Below are positions 1 to 15,001 of a stretch of 64,000 bases of DNA, piece after piece. Location of the stretch: positions 2,108,001 to 2,172,000 of the forward strand of contig OZ024765.1 in the NCBI GenBank assembly GCA_964016885.1, written 5' to 3'. Under the pieces are notes generated by a model that ran no database searches, was not told the DNA's origin, and saw only the letters and a program-made list of their open reading frames with translations. The DNA is from Eledone cirrhosa. Taxonomy: Eukaryota. How positions within the stretch are numbered: the stretch's first letter is position 1; every line of letters starts with the position of its first letter. The translations under genes and the position numbers were made by a program.

Positions 1-995
1 ACCACTACAAACGCCACTACCACAACTGAAACCCCACCACCCTACTACCACCACTACCACCAACACCAACACTCTACTACAACACTACCACCACCACACC
101 ACCACCACCACCAACGCCACACAACCAACACCACCACCTTACTACCACCACCAACACCACCACCAAAACCATACAACCAACACCAACACTCTACTACAAC
201 ACTACCACCACCACACCACCACCACACCACCACCACCACCAACGCCACACAACCAACACCACCACCAACACCATACAACCAACACCACCACTCTACTACA
301 ACACTGCCACCACCACACCACCACCACACCACCACCACCACCAACGCCACACAACCAACACCACCACTCTACTACCGCCACCAACACCACCAACATCACC
401 ACCACACCACCCCACCACCTCACCACCACCACCACCACCACCACCACTACCACTACTACAACCATCACTACCACATCACTACCCTACTACCACCACCACA
501 CCTGACAATCCAGGTAAGACTTTACTAATTAACAAGGTAAAAATTAAACAGCTTCTAGTTATTGAAATAATTAAAATACTTTATATTTTAATTATTCAAC
601 AAATAGCAATTAAATATATTTTGCTTAGAAACAACACTGGACTTCTTTCTCTCTTTTCTTTCTCTCCTTTCTTTCTCTCCTTTCTTTCCTTTCTTTCTTT
701 CCTTCTTTCTTTCCTTCTTTTTCTCTTTCTTTCTTTTTTTCTTTCTCTCCTTTCTTTCTCTCTTCCTTTCTCTCTCTCTCCCTTTCTCTCTTTCTTCTTT
801 CATTCCTTCTTTCTTTCTCTTTCGTTCTCCCTCTTTCTTTTTTCTCTCATTCTTCATTTCTTCATTTCTCTCTTTCTCTCTTCCTTTCTTTCTTTGTTTC
901 TTTCCTTCTTCCTTTCTCTCATTCTTTCTCTTTTTCTTTTTCCTCTTCGTTTTCGACTTTTTTTGTTTGTTTTCGTTTCCTTCTTCTTCTTCTAC

Positions 996-1027
<32 letters not shown>

Positions 1028-1479
1028 CTTCTTCTTCTTCTTCTTCTCATCACCATTATTTTACTTATTATTATTATCTACTGTCTCCAGTCCTTAAGAG
1101 CACAATGTTTGGTGAAATGATAAATACAGTTCCATCAATTTGTATTTGTTTGTTTTGATGAAAAAAAGATTAAAAAAGCCCCACCCCCACCCCTCACCCC
1201 CCGCCGCCCCGAAAAACAAAGAAAAAACATGGCGGAAAAACAAATTAAAAAATATTTATATATATATATTTTTTCCGCTCTCTGATGTGAAGAGTCTTGG
1301 CTGCTCAAAGAACAGCCAAAATTCAAATCAGAAGCCACTTTTAACGCTTATCCACCGCTGAAGACATAACAGCAATTGTAAAAATACGGGAAGGACCGGA
1401 AGTATATAGTAGCCATTTTTCCAGTGTTGGAAACATCTGGGGTCACGTCTCTTAATGTTCTGTGGTCCCCTGACACAGC

Positions 1480-2065
1480 GATTGTTGTGACTATAATGAC
1501 CAACATGAGGTCACTAGAATTAAATCTTTCAGCTTATGACGTCCTAGACTTTGTGACAATGATTACCATCATGAGGTCACTAGACTTAATATAACAGCTT
1601 ATGACTCTTCTTCACGACGCCCTAGACGTTGTGACTATGAAATAAAACCCAACACGAGGACACTCGTCTTAATACATCAACTTAAGAGGTCCTAAAATTG
1701 TGACTATAGCAACTAAGATGTGACCAGAAGTTTTTTTGACATCCTCGACCTTGTGACTATAATGACCAACAGGAGGTCACTAGACTTAATATAGCAGTTT
1801 ATGACTGTTCTTTACGACATCCTAGACCTTGTGACTATGATGACCAACACGAAGTCACTAGACTTAATTTATCAGTTTATCACTGTTCCTTACGATGTCC
1901 TAACCGCTGTGACAATGATTACCAACGTCAAGTCACTAGACTTAATTTATCAGTTTATGACTGTCCCTAACGACACCCTAGACTTTATGACTATGATGAG
2001 CAACAGGAGGTCACTGGACTTAACATAGCAGTTTATGACTGTCCTTAACCGCTGTGACAATGAAA
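1480..2065. repeat. Degenerate ~78-bp tandem repeat, ~8 units
   Basis: Recurrent gtgactatgatgaccaac..gaggtcactagacttaat..cagtttatgact. Confidence 0.8.
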
Positions 2066-2467
2066 TAAAAACCAAACAGGAAGGACACCAAAACCAAGTA
2101 AATCATTTTATAACTTGGGTAATTCTTCACATCAGGAATTTTACACAAAAGTTGCACAATATTTTTGATATCCTCCTGAGAATATCTCATTTTTTTTATA
2201 ACACTTCGTATTTTCCATAATTTTCTTTTTACTCTCTCTCCTCTCTTCTCTTCTCTCCTCTCCTCTTTCTTTTCTCTCTCATTTCTTCTGCTTTCTTTCA
2301 CACAAAATATTTCACTTGTCCTTGCATTTGAAAAATATTTTGTACACTTTTTAAGTGTTATTATTCCTTATTTATTTCCCTGCAAAGATTTTCTGTTTTA
2401 GAACTTCAATTTCTTGTGCTTGAATAAATTTTTGATATTTTGTGACACATCCTCCATTTTGGTTTTA

Positions 2468-2560
<93 letters not shown>

Positions 2561-2561
2561 G

Positions 2562-2598
<37 letters not shown>

Positions 2599-2616
2599 GT
2601 ATATATATATATCCAC

Positions 2617-2742
<126 letters not shown>

Positions 2743-2819
2743 GTTATTCCGGGTTGAATCGGAGGTAACCACAGTAAGTAAGGTACTCAATATATAGCAG
2801 AGTATAAATGTTTTAATAT

Positions 2820-2880
2820 AGAAGAGCTTCTACAGGACTAGAACTGTTTCATTCGTGAGAAATCATCAGGGAGCTCTTCT
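2820..2880 (-). ncRNA. Type I hammerhead ribozyme (family B)
   Basis: GAAGAGCUCC-CUGAUGA-UUUCUCACGAAU-GAAA-CAG uucuaguc CUG-UA-GAAGCUCUUC; tail continues to ~2741 and ends in (TA)n. Confidence 0.75.
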
Positions 2881-3089
2881 ATATATATTTCTATATATAT
2901 ATTTCTTTCTATCTCTCTCTGTATGTATATATATATATATGTTTATTTATTTCTCTCTCTCTCTTTCTATATCGCACCAACCTGAGGCATATGGCCCTTA
3001 AAGCGATGAAATGCCGAGGACGGTTGGAGGGTCACTGATGAAGGACTCACTTTTTCATATGTATCCCATTTGCAACGCCGCAGCTCCAT

Positions 3090-3162
<73 letters not shown>

Positions 3163-3231
3163 AAAAAAACGAAGAAAAACAAAGCATAAAATAAAACATG
3201 CACACAGAGAAACCTTTAAGAACCCAAACGA

Positions 3232-3340
<109 letters not shown>

Positions 3341-3360
3341 TTTCTCTCTCTCTCTCTCTC

Positions 3361-3397
<37 letters not shown>

Positions 3398-3979
3398 TCA
3401 TTTGGGTTTTTAAAGGTTTCTCTGTGTGCATGTTTTATTTTATGCTTTGTTTTTCTTCGTTTTTTTTTCTTTTTTTCTGCTTTTGCTCTTCTTAACTTTG
3501 CTTTCTTCTTCTTTACTTTCTTCTTCTTCTTCTTCTTCTTCTTCTTCTTCTTCTTCTTCTTCTTCTTCTTCTTCTTCTTCTTCTTCTTCTCCTCCTCCTC
3601 CTCCTTCTTCTTCTTCTTCTTCTTCTTCTTCTTCTCCTCCTCCTCCTCCTTCTTCTTCTTCTTCTTCTTCTTCTTCTTCTTCTACACCTTTGTATTTGGG
3701 TTTATCTCAGCGCCCCCCCCCTCTCTGTCATAAATATCTTAGTTTGTATTTTTTGCTGTTGTTTTATTATTTCCACTGAGAGTATTTGTTTCACAATATA
3801 TTCTCTCCCTTCCCAACTCTCCACCTTTCTCCAGATATATATTTTCTTCGTATCCAAGATGGCCGCTATGTGTTGTAACAATTCATCGCTTTTATCACGA
3901 GATCTGTCGCCTTGACAGATAGCGAACGACACGTTGCTTTTCTCACATATTTTATAGAAGAATATTTGTTTTAATTCCG

Positions 3980-4011
<32 letters not shown>

Positions 4012-4025
4012 CGCTCTCTCTCTCA

Positions 4026-4059
<34 letters not shown>

Positions 4060-4177
4060 ATATATATATATATATATATATAAGCTTTAGTTCCTTTATC
4101 TCACTCTCTCTTTCTTTTTCTCTCACACTCTCCTCATTCTCTCTATCTCTACCTATCTATATCTTTATATGTATATG

Positions 4178-4208
<31 letters not shown>

Positions 4209-4252
4209 ATTTACACACACAAATATTGGCTCTAGTTCCACTCTCTCTCTCC

Positions 4253-4331
<79 letters not shown>

Positions 4332-4479
4332 TACTTTCAACACTGCAACAAAGACGTGTTGAAAATATGTATATTAGAAGATTCCAGCTCTGAATAGAGT
4401 TCAGTGACTCCTTTATCTCTTGTGTGGAATAATTCAACACCAAACCAAATATATATGTGTATATATGTATATATATGTA

Positions 4480-4514
<35 letters not shown>

Positions 4515-4625
4515 CTCCAGGGAGTGTAACGTGGAGTTACTGTAGGTTCACCCAGGTGAGCACTCCATGTTTAGGTTCCGTCAGTAGCGAGGTGTAGAGC
4601 TAGACAGAGTGTAATATAATAATAA

Positions 4626-4804
4626 TTGTTTCTACTTTTGGCACAAAGCCAGCAATTACCCAGAGTGCATTACTGGTACTTTATTTTATCGACCCCGTAA
4701 GGATGAAAGGCAAAGTTAACCTCGGCGGGATTTGAACTCAGACCATAAAGGGCCGTAAATCTTTGGTGCAAAGCATGGCGTCCGACCCTCTACCGATACT
4801 GCCA
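4626..4804 (-). mobile_element. tRNA-derived SINE, family 1
   Basis: Reverse complement of the 27849-28033 family. Confidence 0.85.
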
Positions 4805-4963
4805 ATCCAGGACGAATGGTTACGCCTTCATTATGTTTATTGGTTGGTGACGCGCGTTTCACTATTGATCAGCTCTAGGTTCGATCTGGCCTGACTCTGG
4901 AATCGATCTGGCCTGACTCTGGGATCAAAGGCGCGTCGGGCCTCTGTTGTAGTAATGACAGAA

Positions 4964-5034
<71 letters not shown>

Positions 5035-5039
5035 TCCTG

Positions 5040-5220
5040 ATAAGGTCATAGGGGGGGGGGACCCCAAACACCTTCCAGTCCTGTCAGAAGCAACCATCTC
5101 CAATTGATCCGGCTGGACCTCCAAGCGAGACCAGCCAATCTCATGGATGCTATGCAACCCGTTTGCTCGGTGACTACCCCTGGGTCTCCTGCCGGGTAGT
5201 TTTGCCCGCAAAATCTGAAC
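5040..5220 (-). mobile_element. RTE-like LINE 3' fragment
   Basis: PGRRPRG...IHEIGWSRL..VASDR; homologous to 36500-36670. Confidence 0.6.
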
Positions 5221-5355
5221 ATCTATTCTTTATTGTTACATCTTAACCACATGCCCAAAGTCTAAAGTCTGTCTTAAGCCAGAAGGCTCATTTGGCCGGT
5301 GCCATATGTATGTATATATATATGTGTGTGTATATAAATATGTGTGTGTGTATAT

Positions 5356-5560
5356 ATAACGAAGGAGGTGTGGTAAGGAACCAGATGGACCATAACGCAC
5401 CAAAGTACTCAATACTTAGGGTAGTAGAGTGGGTAGTAGGAACGAGTAGGACCCCGACGGCTGAGCTCAAGCCGTTTCGACGGCTAATTCTGGACGAATT
5501 AGTCCAGAATTAGCCGTCGAAACGGCTTGAGCTCAGCTGTCGGGGTCCTACTCGTTCCTA
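5356..5560. mobile_element. Family A palindromic mini-insertion (hammerhead 3' half + tail, head-to-head)
   Basis: 59-bp arms 5437-5495/5502-5560, each GAAA-CGGC..GCCG-UC; ~80-nt extra tail on the left arm; (TA)n flanks. Confidence 0.8.
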
Positions 5561-5584
5561 TATATATATATATATAATATATAT

Positions 5585-5665
<81 letters not shown>

Positions 5666-5670
5666 AATAT

Positions 5671-5707
<37 letters not shown>

Positions 5708-5760
5708 TAAGTTAAAAGTGAGTTACAAACGAAACGAAATTTAATTTCGTTTCGTTATTT

Positions 5761-5838
<78 letters not shown>

Positions 5839-5870
5839 ATACACACATACAAATGTATATTATCTATCTA

Positions 5871-5935
<65 letters not shown>

Positions 5936-6361
5936 GTATATATCTATCTAGACAAATAAGTAATATAAGTCGATTTCAACGTCTTGGCTCCTTATGTAAA
6001 CAGATACTTCTTTTAATACCTTCGCTGAAGAACAGATACTTCTTTTAATACCTTCGCTGAAGAGGTGTAATAAGGCCGGAACATATCTAGCCGGAGTTTT
6101 CACAATATCAGCTGCAAAATATCAGTAATTTTTCTCTGTTTGTTCTAATTTCACTCATCATATCTCCCATTTAATTTTTTCCTTGATTAAAATCTCGAAA
6201 GTCAGCTGGTTTGGTCTATACCCCACCACCTTCCTTCTATGTATTCTCTTAGTTTACATTCACGCTAATGACCTGGCCAGGCGAAAATGATTTCAAATCG
6301 TTTGGTGATTAAAAATTATTTTTGGCTCACTTATCTTATAAGTACTTAAATTTGTAGTGAA

Positions 6362-7600
6362 CTGTGTGTGTGTGTGTGTACTTGGGTGTTGGTGTGTGTC
6401 TGTGTGTTTCTGCGCTTGTCAGTGTGTGTGTGTGTGTGTGTGTACATGTGTATGCTTGTGTGCTTGTGAGTGTGTGTGTGTACTTGGGTGTTGGTGTGTG
6501 TCTCTGTGTTTCTGCGCTTGTCAGTGTGTGTGTGTACTTGGGTGTTGGTGTGTGTCTGTGTGTTTCTGCGCTTGTGAGTGTGTGTGTGTACTTGGGTGTT
6601 GGTGTGTGTCTCTGTGTTTCTGCGCTTGTCAGTGTGTGTGTGTACTTGGGTGTTGGTGTGTGTCTCTGTGTTTCTGCGCTTGTGAGTGTGTGTGTGTACT
6701 TGGGTGTTGGTGTGTGTCTCTGTGTTTCTGCGCTTGTCAGTGTGTGTGTGTACTTGGGTGTTGGTGTGTGTCTGTGTGTTTCTGCGCTTGTGAGTGTGTG
6801 TGTGTACTTGGGTGTTGGTGTGTGTCTCTGTGTTTCTGCGCTTGTCAGTGTGTGTGTGTACTTGGGTGTTGGTGTGTGTCTGTGTGTTTCTGCGCTTGTG
6901 AGTGTGTGTGTGTACTTGGGTGTTGGTGTGTGTCTCTGTGTTTCTGCGCTTGTGAGTGTGTGTGTGTACTTGGGTGTTGGTGTGTGTCTGTGTGTTTCTG
7001 CGCTTGTGAGTGTGTGTGTGTACTTGGGTGTTGGTGTGTGTCTCTGTGTTTCTGCGCTTGTCAGTGTGTGTGTGTACTTGGGTGTTGGTGTGTGTCTCTG
7101 TGTTTCTGCGCTTGTCAGTGTGTGTGTGTACTTGGGTGTTGGTGTGTGTCTCTGTGTTTCTGCGCTTGTCAGTGTGTGTGTGTACTTGGGTGTTGGTGTG
7201 TGTCTCTGTGTTTCTGCGCTTGTCAGTGTGTGTGTGTACTTGGGTGTTGGTGTGTGTCTCTGTGTTTCTGCGCTTGTCAGTGTGTGTGTGTACTTGGGTG
7301 TTGGTGTGTGTCTCTGTGTTTCTGCGCTTGTGAGTGTGTGTGTGTACTTGGGTGTTGGTGTGTGTCTGTGTGTTTCTGCGCTTGTGAGTGTGTGTGTGTA
7401 CTTGGGTGTTGGTGTGTGTCTCTGTGTTTCTGCGCTTGTCAGTGTGTGTGTGTACTTGGGTGTTGGTGTGTGTCTGTGTGTTTCTGCGCTTGTGAGTGTG
7501 TGTGTGTACTTGGGTGTTGGTGTGTGTCTCTGTGTTTCTGCGCTTGTGTGTGTGTGTGTGTGTACATGTGTATGCTTGTGTGCTTGTGAGTGTGTGTGTG
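6362..7600. repeat. 54-bp (TG)-derived minisatellite, ~22 copies
   Basis: Unit gtgtgtgtacttgggtgttggtgtgtgtctctgtgtttctgcgcttgtcagtgt. Confidence 0.95.
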
Positions 7601-7663
7601 TTTGTAAGTGCGTGTGCGTGTACATGTGTATGCTTGTGTGCTTGTGAGTGTCTGTGTGCTTGT

Positions 7664-7704
<41 letters not shown>

Positions 7705-7786
7705 CTTGTGTGTGTGCGTGTTTGTTTGTATGTGTGAGTGTGTGTGGGGTCGCATGTATATGAATGTGTTCCTTCTTCCACACATA

Positions 7787-7898
<112 letters not shown>

Positions 7899-8065
7899 GA
7901 AAGGTATAGCAAACATTGTAGCTAAAAGCCAACAGTATTCCATAATATATATATATACACATATATATATATATATATTATGGAAAAATTTGAACAGGAA
8001 CAAAACAGAGAGGCAGTACAACGAATGTTTATTAATTTCACATATATATATGTATATGTATATAT

Positions 8066-8099
<34 letters not shown>

Positions 8100-8215
8100 A
8101 TATACGTATATATATATATATATATGTGTCAAGTATACACAGTCTCTCTCTTCGTCTGTCTTAACACCCTAGGCACACACACACACATATATATATATAT
8201 AAATATATACATACA

Positions 8216-8800
<585 letters not shown>

Positions 8801-9016
8801 ATTATATATGTAGGAGGTGAGTTTTATTGTAGTACAATAAAGCAATGCAGATATCGGATAAGAAGCACTCTACAGTTTGTAGGACTGGAGTATACATAAT
8901 ATATAAGAACAAAAGATGGTTAAAAGAGTTCCATGTATTTTATTATGCACATTTCATATGTTGATTTAAAACTGCACTATCCACAAGTGTTTTTTAACCT
9001 TCATATCATGTCTTCC

Positions 9017-9087
9017 TGTTTTATCTGATGAAAACACAAATATTATTGCATGATGATATTTGTTTTTGAAATGCGCATAATAAAATA
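9017..9087 (+). ncRNA. Type I hammerhead ribozyme, minimal palindromic stem III (family C)
   Basis: UGUUUUAU-CUGAUGA-stem II (ACAAAUAUUA/UGAUAUUUGU)-GAAA-UGCGCA-UA-AUAAAAUA; inside head-to-head element 8808-9125. Confidence 0.8.
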
Positions 9088-9130
9088 CATGGAACTCTTT
9101 TAACCATCTTTTGTTCTTATATATTATATG

Positions 9131-9204
<74 letters not shown>

Positions 9205-9215
9205 CATATATATAC

Positions 9216-9260
<45 letters not shown>

Positions 9261-9289
9261 TATACATAAATATATAAATATATACATAA

Positions 9290-9326
<37 letters not shown>

Positions 9327-10179
9327 CATAAATATATATATATATAAATATATAAATATATATATACATAAATATATATATATATAAATATATAAATATA
9401 TATATACATAAATATATATATATATATAAATATATAAATATATATATACATAAATATATATATATATAAATATATAAATATATATACATAAATATATAAA
9501 TATATATATACATAAATATAAATATATATATATAAATATATAAATATATATATACATAAATATATATATATATATAAATATATAAATATATATACATAAA
9601 TATATAAATATATCCATAAATATATATATATATACATATATAAATATATACATAGATATATATATACACATATATATATATATATGTACAGACACACATA
9701 TACATATATATTTCTAGCTATTTACCGAAGCCACTAGAAAAACATGAACATAAACACCCAAAACAAACAAGAAAGCACTTGTCGTCAGTCGATGGCGACT
9801 TAAACATACCACTTGGTGTGGAAGATGAATGGACCGGAAGTACTTTTGATAGAGCATGGTGGGGGGTGGTAGTGGTGGGGGGAGTAGGGGAGGGCGGTTG
9901 GATGTGGCGGCGTGGGGGGGGGGGGGGGGGGGGAAGAGTTTTAGGTAACTGCCTCCACCACCAGCACCACCATCACCACCACCACTATCATCATCATCAT
10001 CATCATCATCATCTTCTTCACTACAACCACCATACCACTACACCACCACCACTGCAGCAGCAGCAGCAGCAGCACCACCACCACCACCACTGCAGCAGCA
10101 GCAGCAGCAGCACCACCACAACCACCACCACCACTGCAGCAGCAGCAGCACCACCACCACCACAACCACCACCACCACT

Positions 10180-10215
<36 letters not shown>

Positions 10216-10939
10216 CCACCACCACCACCACTGCAGCAGCAGCACCTCCCCCACAACCACCACCACCACCACCACCACCACCACCACCACCACCACCACT
10301 GCGTCTCATCCTCATTCCTCATTCGCCCCCACCCTCATGCAGGGTCGTGGCGGTTGTGGTGGTGGCGTGCGTGTAGCGCGAGAGGGGAGGGCTGGGGCCC
10401 CTCGTTCTCCACAATCCACCACAACCCTCTCCTGGTTTTGGTCACCCTCTCTCTCTCTCTCTCTCACTCCTCTTTCAACCTTCTTCACACCCCCTCCTCT
10501 TGCGGAGTCGTGTTGGTGGCTGTGGGGGCGGCGTGTGTGTATGTGCAGGAAGGCCGAGGGAGGGAAGAGGGAGGTGAAGGTTTTGATGTAAGCAACACAC
10601 CAACCCACATCACTACCCCCCACACTCACTACACCATGTCCTCATCCACTCTCCTCCTCCTCCTCCATCTACAACCCTCAGTCCTCCTGGTTTTGGTCAC
10701 CCTCCCCCCTCCTTCAACCCAGTTTCAGTTCAGCCAAACGTGTGGACAGTGAAACTGACCACATCTGACGTCAATTCTCAATGTAGTGTGACTCTCAGAC
10801 CAGACTAAAATGGCCGCAGAGAGATCTCCTCCAGTTTGGGTTGGTTTGTTGTTGTTGTTGTGGTTGTTGTCACGTCTGCAGTTTAATCACGTACGCCATG
10901 TTTCAAGGGTTTCTTGTTGTTGTTGTTGTTGTTGTTGTT

Positions 10940-10979
<40 letters not shown>

Positions 10980-11276
10980 CCATAAAGAGCTTCGAGAAGA
11001 ATTTATTCGAGAAGAATTTATTTCAATTTATTTCAAGCGTGAGAGTAACTATATAGACGCCCACCATTGTCGCTACATCGGCACCACCACCACCACACCA
11101 CCATCGTTGGTATACCACCACCACCACCGCCATCGTTGGTACATCGTCACCACCAGTGGTAACGTGGTCACCACCGCCATAGCTGGTATATCACCACCAC
11201 CACATCGTAGAGTCACGGCCCGACGGCTAAGTACACCGTTTCGACACCAAATTCCTGACTACATCTCTCTCTCTCC

Positions 11277-11316
<40 letters not shown>

Positions 11317-11356
11317 TCTCCCCCCTCTCTCTCTCTATATATATACATACATACAA

Positions 11357-11408
<52 letters not shown>

Positions 11409-11418
11409 TTGTATATAT

Positions 11419-11460
<42 letters not shown>

Positions 11461-12038
11461 GAATAATCGAGAATCGGAAAAACAGCTTACGAATTAACGA
11501 TAAACAATATCCGATATGTGTGGCAGAGGGCTCAATAATTTGGATAAATCAGAGCTATAACTATGTTAAAATACCAACACATAGAGATCATGTCTAAAAT
11601 CACCCGTACAGCTGAAAAAGAACGACCAGGAAGATTCGGGTCACTCAAATAAAATATCAATAAATCAATAAATTAAATGAATATAAAAACTCACCCGGAC
11701 CCGCCAGAAGGATGTTAAATCTAGCTTCTTGGATTTCTGCAATTCCTTATTCCAATCACTATCAGCCCACATAAAAAAATATATGAGACTTCTAGAGAAG
11801 GGGGGACGAGGAAGAGCTTTCTCAACGGGAATTCCGTCCGACAATGAAGAGAAGACCCTTAGCTAGAAACGCACATGGTACCCAGCAAGGGAGATAACCT
11901 CTACATTAGCGAAAAATTTTCGGTGATGTGCAAATCATGTAAGGATACAAAATATCACATATCGAATCAGAGTGCTCAACAGACGTGTTAAAATAAACAG
12001 GAGCTATTCATCAGTCAATAAGATCGACAAAAAATAAT

Positions 12039-12074
<36 letters not shown>

Positions 12075-12527
12075 ATTTATGTATATATATATATTGTTAT
12101 ACTTTGGTAGGGTCATGTTGCCAATAAGAAACACACGCACCAGTAGTTTTCACTCCAATTTATTATAAATAAAATTTATAAACTTAAGAATTTATAAATT
12201 TCCGGTTGGTTGGTTGGTTCCACAACCGGACAGTTGTTCATATATTGTCAAAGTTCTTTCGTCACACATTCTGTGACCTCTTCAGTGACTGGGGATTCTT
12301 TTCTTTGTTTTGTGCTTCTCCTTTGTTTTATCCTACACACAAAAACAAGATGGCGTAGGAAGAAAAATTTTTTTTTTCCTTTTTATTTTTCTCTCTTTTC
12401 TGGGTTAGAAAATGATTAAAACGAAATATTTTACATTGTGTGAAGTGTTAAGGTATTAGTTGATTTAGTAGTCTACCAAGACTGAATCTTAACCATCTAC
12501 TATGTCAGGGTATGTCATGCATCATCT

Positions 12528-12594
12528 TATTTTATCTGATGAGGACGTACTGTTGAAGTTAACTCAGTACCTCTGAAATATGTATAATAAAATA
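12528..12594 (+). ncRNA. Type I hammerhead ribozyme, minimal stem III
   Basis: UAUUUUAU-CUGAUGA-stem II (GUACUG/CAGUAC)-GAAA-UAUGUA-UA-AUAAAAUA; tail runs to (TA)n at ~12735. Confidence 0.78.
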
Positions 12595-12731
12595 TACTTG
12601 ATTACAAGAATATCTATTTTGGTAATATTTTGAATTAATATTAATTACTCCGGAAAACCATTTCTGTTGAGTGCTTCCAATTTATTGTAAAACTCATTCT
12701 ACGATTTATTCATTGAACCTTGTTTAACCTT

Positions 12732-12798
<67 letters not shown>

Positions 12799-12853
12799 AT
12801 ATACATAAATGAATTTGTCTCTCTCTCTATATACACGCACACACAGACACACA

Positions 12854-12937
<84 letters not shown>

Positions 12938-12940
<3 letters not shown>

Positions 12941-13127
12941 CGAAGGAAAAGTGGTAAGGAACCAGGTGGACCATAACGCACCAAAGTACTCAATACTTAG
13001 GGTAGTAGAGTGGGTAATAGGAGTAAGTAAGACCCCGACGGCTGAGCTCAAGCCGTTTCGACGGCTAATTCAGTACAGAATTAGCCGTCGAAACGGCTTG
13101 AGCTCAGCCGTCGGGGTCTTACTTACT

Positions 13128-13131
<4 letters not shown>
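12938..13131. mobile_element. Family A palindromic mini-insertion
   Basis: Same sequence and architecture as 5356-5560, between (TA)n tracts. Confidence 0.8.
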
Positions 13132-13188
<57 letters not shown>

Positions 13189-13440
13189 CTATTAAGTAAA
13201 ATATACCCAGGACGTGTCAGAAAGCTATAAAGTTATAAATATAATGTATTATACATCAGCAAGTATCTATACAAAAGCGAGTCTGTGTGAACTGCAGACA
13301 CTTCCGGAACAAACGGAATTGTAGTGCAGAGACTTCCGGAACTCATCGCCATATTAAAGTCTATTTGTCATGTTATTTTAACAGATTTCTTAACGAGATA
13401 ACGCGAGATAATCCGAGTCTGTAAATACAGGGTAGGCCAA

Positions 13441-14222
13441 AACCCTGCGATGGACTGGTGAGGTCTTGTACTCTCAGTCACTTAACGCCAAATAAACTGG
13501 CTTAAGGACCAGCCTGATGAGCCTCCCACGGGCTAGAGAGAAACTTTAACACTGCGATTGACTGGTGTTCTGTTCAGGGGAAGTATTGTACTCTCTGTCG
13601 CTTCAAGCCTCGAAAATCAGGATAAGCACCTGAGGCCTGATGATCTTCGTGGTTCGAGACATACTTTAACACTGCCATTGTCTGGTGTTCTATCCAGGTG
13701 TCTTGTACTATCCATCGCTTCTGGCCACGGAAACCAGACAAACTTTAAACCTGCGAAGGACTGGCGTCATGTCCAGGAGAGTATTGTGCTCTCACCTCAG
13801 TTGCTTCAAGCCACGGAAAGCAAGATAAGCTTCGGCATGATAAGATTCAGAGCAGACTTTAACCCTGCGATGGACTGATGTCCTGTCCAGGTGGGTGTCT
13901 TGTACTCTCAGTTGCTTAACACCACGTTAATTGGGATTAGCACGTTCCTGGTGAGCCCCATGGCTTGAGTCAGTCTTTAACCCTGCGATTGACTGGTGTC
14001 CTGTCCAAGGGGGTGTCTTGTGCTTTCAGTCACCTTCAAGCCACATAAACCGGGATAAACACCTGAGACCTGGTGTACTTCGTGGTTCGAGACAGACTTT
14101 AACCCTGCAATTGACTGGTGTCCTGTCCAAGGGGGAGTCTTGTGCTTTCAGTCACCTTCAAGCCACGGAAACCAGGATAAGCATCTGAGGCCCGATGAGC
14201 TTTCAGGCTCGAGTCAGACTTT
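13441..14222 (+). repeat. Degenerate ~120-bp tandem array, ~7 units, resembling a SINE 3' region
   Basis: Recurrent aaccctgcgatggactgg...tgtactctcagtcgcttcaagccacggaaacc.ggataagc...actttaac. Confidence 0.75.
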
Positions 14223-14543
14223 AGACATAGACACAAACATAGATATCACTTGGCGAAGGTGCCGCTCAGTGGGACTGAGCCCAGAACCACACGATTGCGA
14301 AGGGAAGTCACTAACCACACAGCCATATATGAAGTGATAAAGGAATGAACAGGTTACTACAGGCGCATTGTAAATATTCTAAATAAAACACATTATAGAG
14401 ATAAGTTTAATTAGTACACCAAATATGTATAAATAACAGGGCGCGAACATGCTATCTTATAAATAGTTACCCACGGCAGACATGGGATGTAAATACTTTA
14501 ACTAAAATACATTCTAGAGATAAAGTTGATTATAACAACAAAT

Positions 14544-14578
<35 letters not shown>

Positions 14579-14592
14579 CAATATATATATAT

Positions 14593-14693
<101 letters not shown>

Positions 14694-14846
14694 CATACAA
14701 TATATTTATATATATATATATACATACATACAATATATATATACAATATATATATATATATATACATACATACAATATATATATATATATATATAAAATA
14801 TTAAACAAATAATGAACAAACAATTCCTTATATTAAACAAAAAAAG

Positions 14847-15001
14847 TTCACTATTTAACGATCGTTTCTAGGGTATATATGTGCTATAATTGGTATGCAT
14901 ATTTAACAGATCTATGTACAAAATTATACAAAATTATACAAATTATCAAGATTAAATATACATACCTAACTCATATATACGCCGTCTTCAGAAATAATGA
15001 A
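14847..15001 (-). ncRNA. Type I hammerhead ribozyme with very long stem II
   Basis: Minus strand: UUCAUUAUUU-CUGAAGA-[~115 nt hairpin: GUAUAUAUG/CAUAUAUAC, GGUAUGUAUAUUUAA/UUAAAUAUGCAUACC]-GAAA-CGAUCG-UU-AAAUAGUGAA. 10-bp stem I; base of stem II imperfect. Confidence 0.75.

Noticed and set aside
6054-6300. Possible hammerheads ctgaaga..ggaa and ctaatga..gaaa
   Set aside because: Core nucleotides altered and stems unconvincing.
9779-10591. 270-aa His/Gln-rich ORF as a transcription-factor exon
   Set aside because: CAG/CAC simple repeats with no recognisable domain or supported splice sites.
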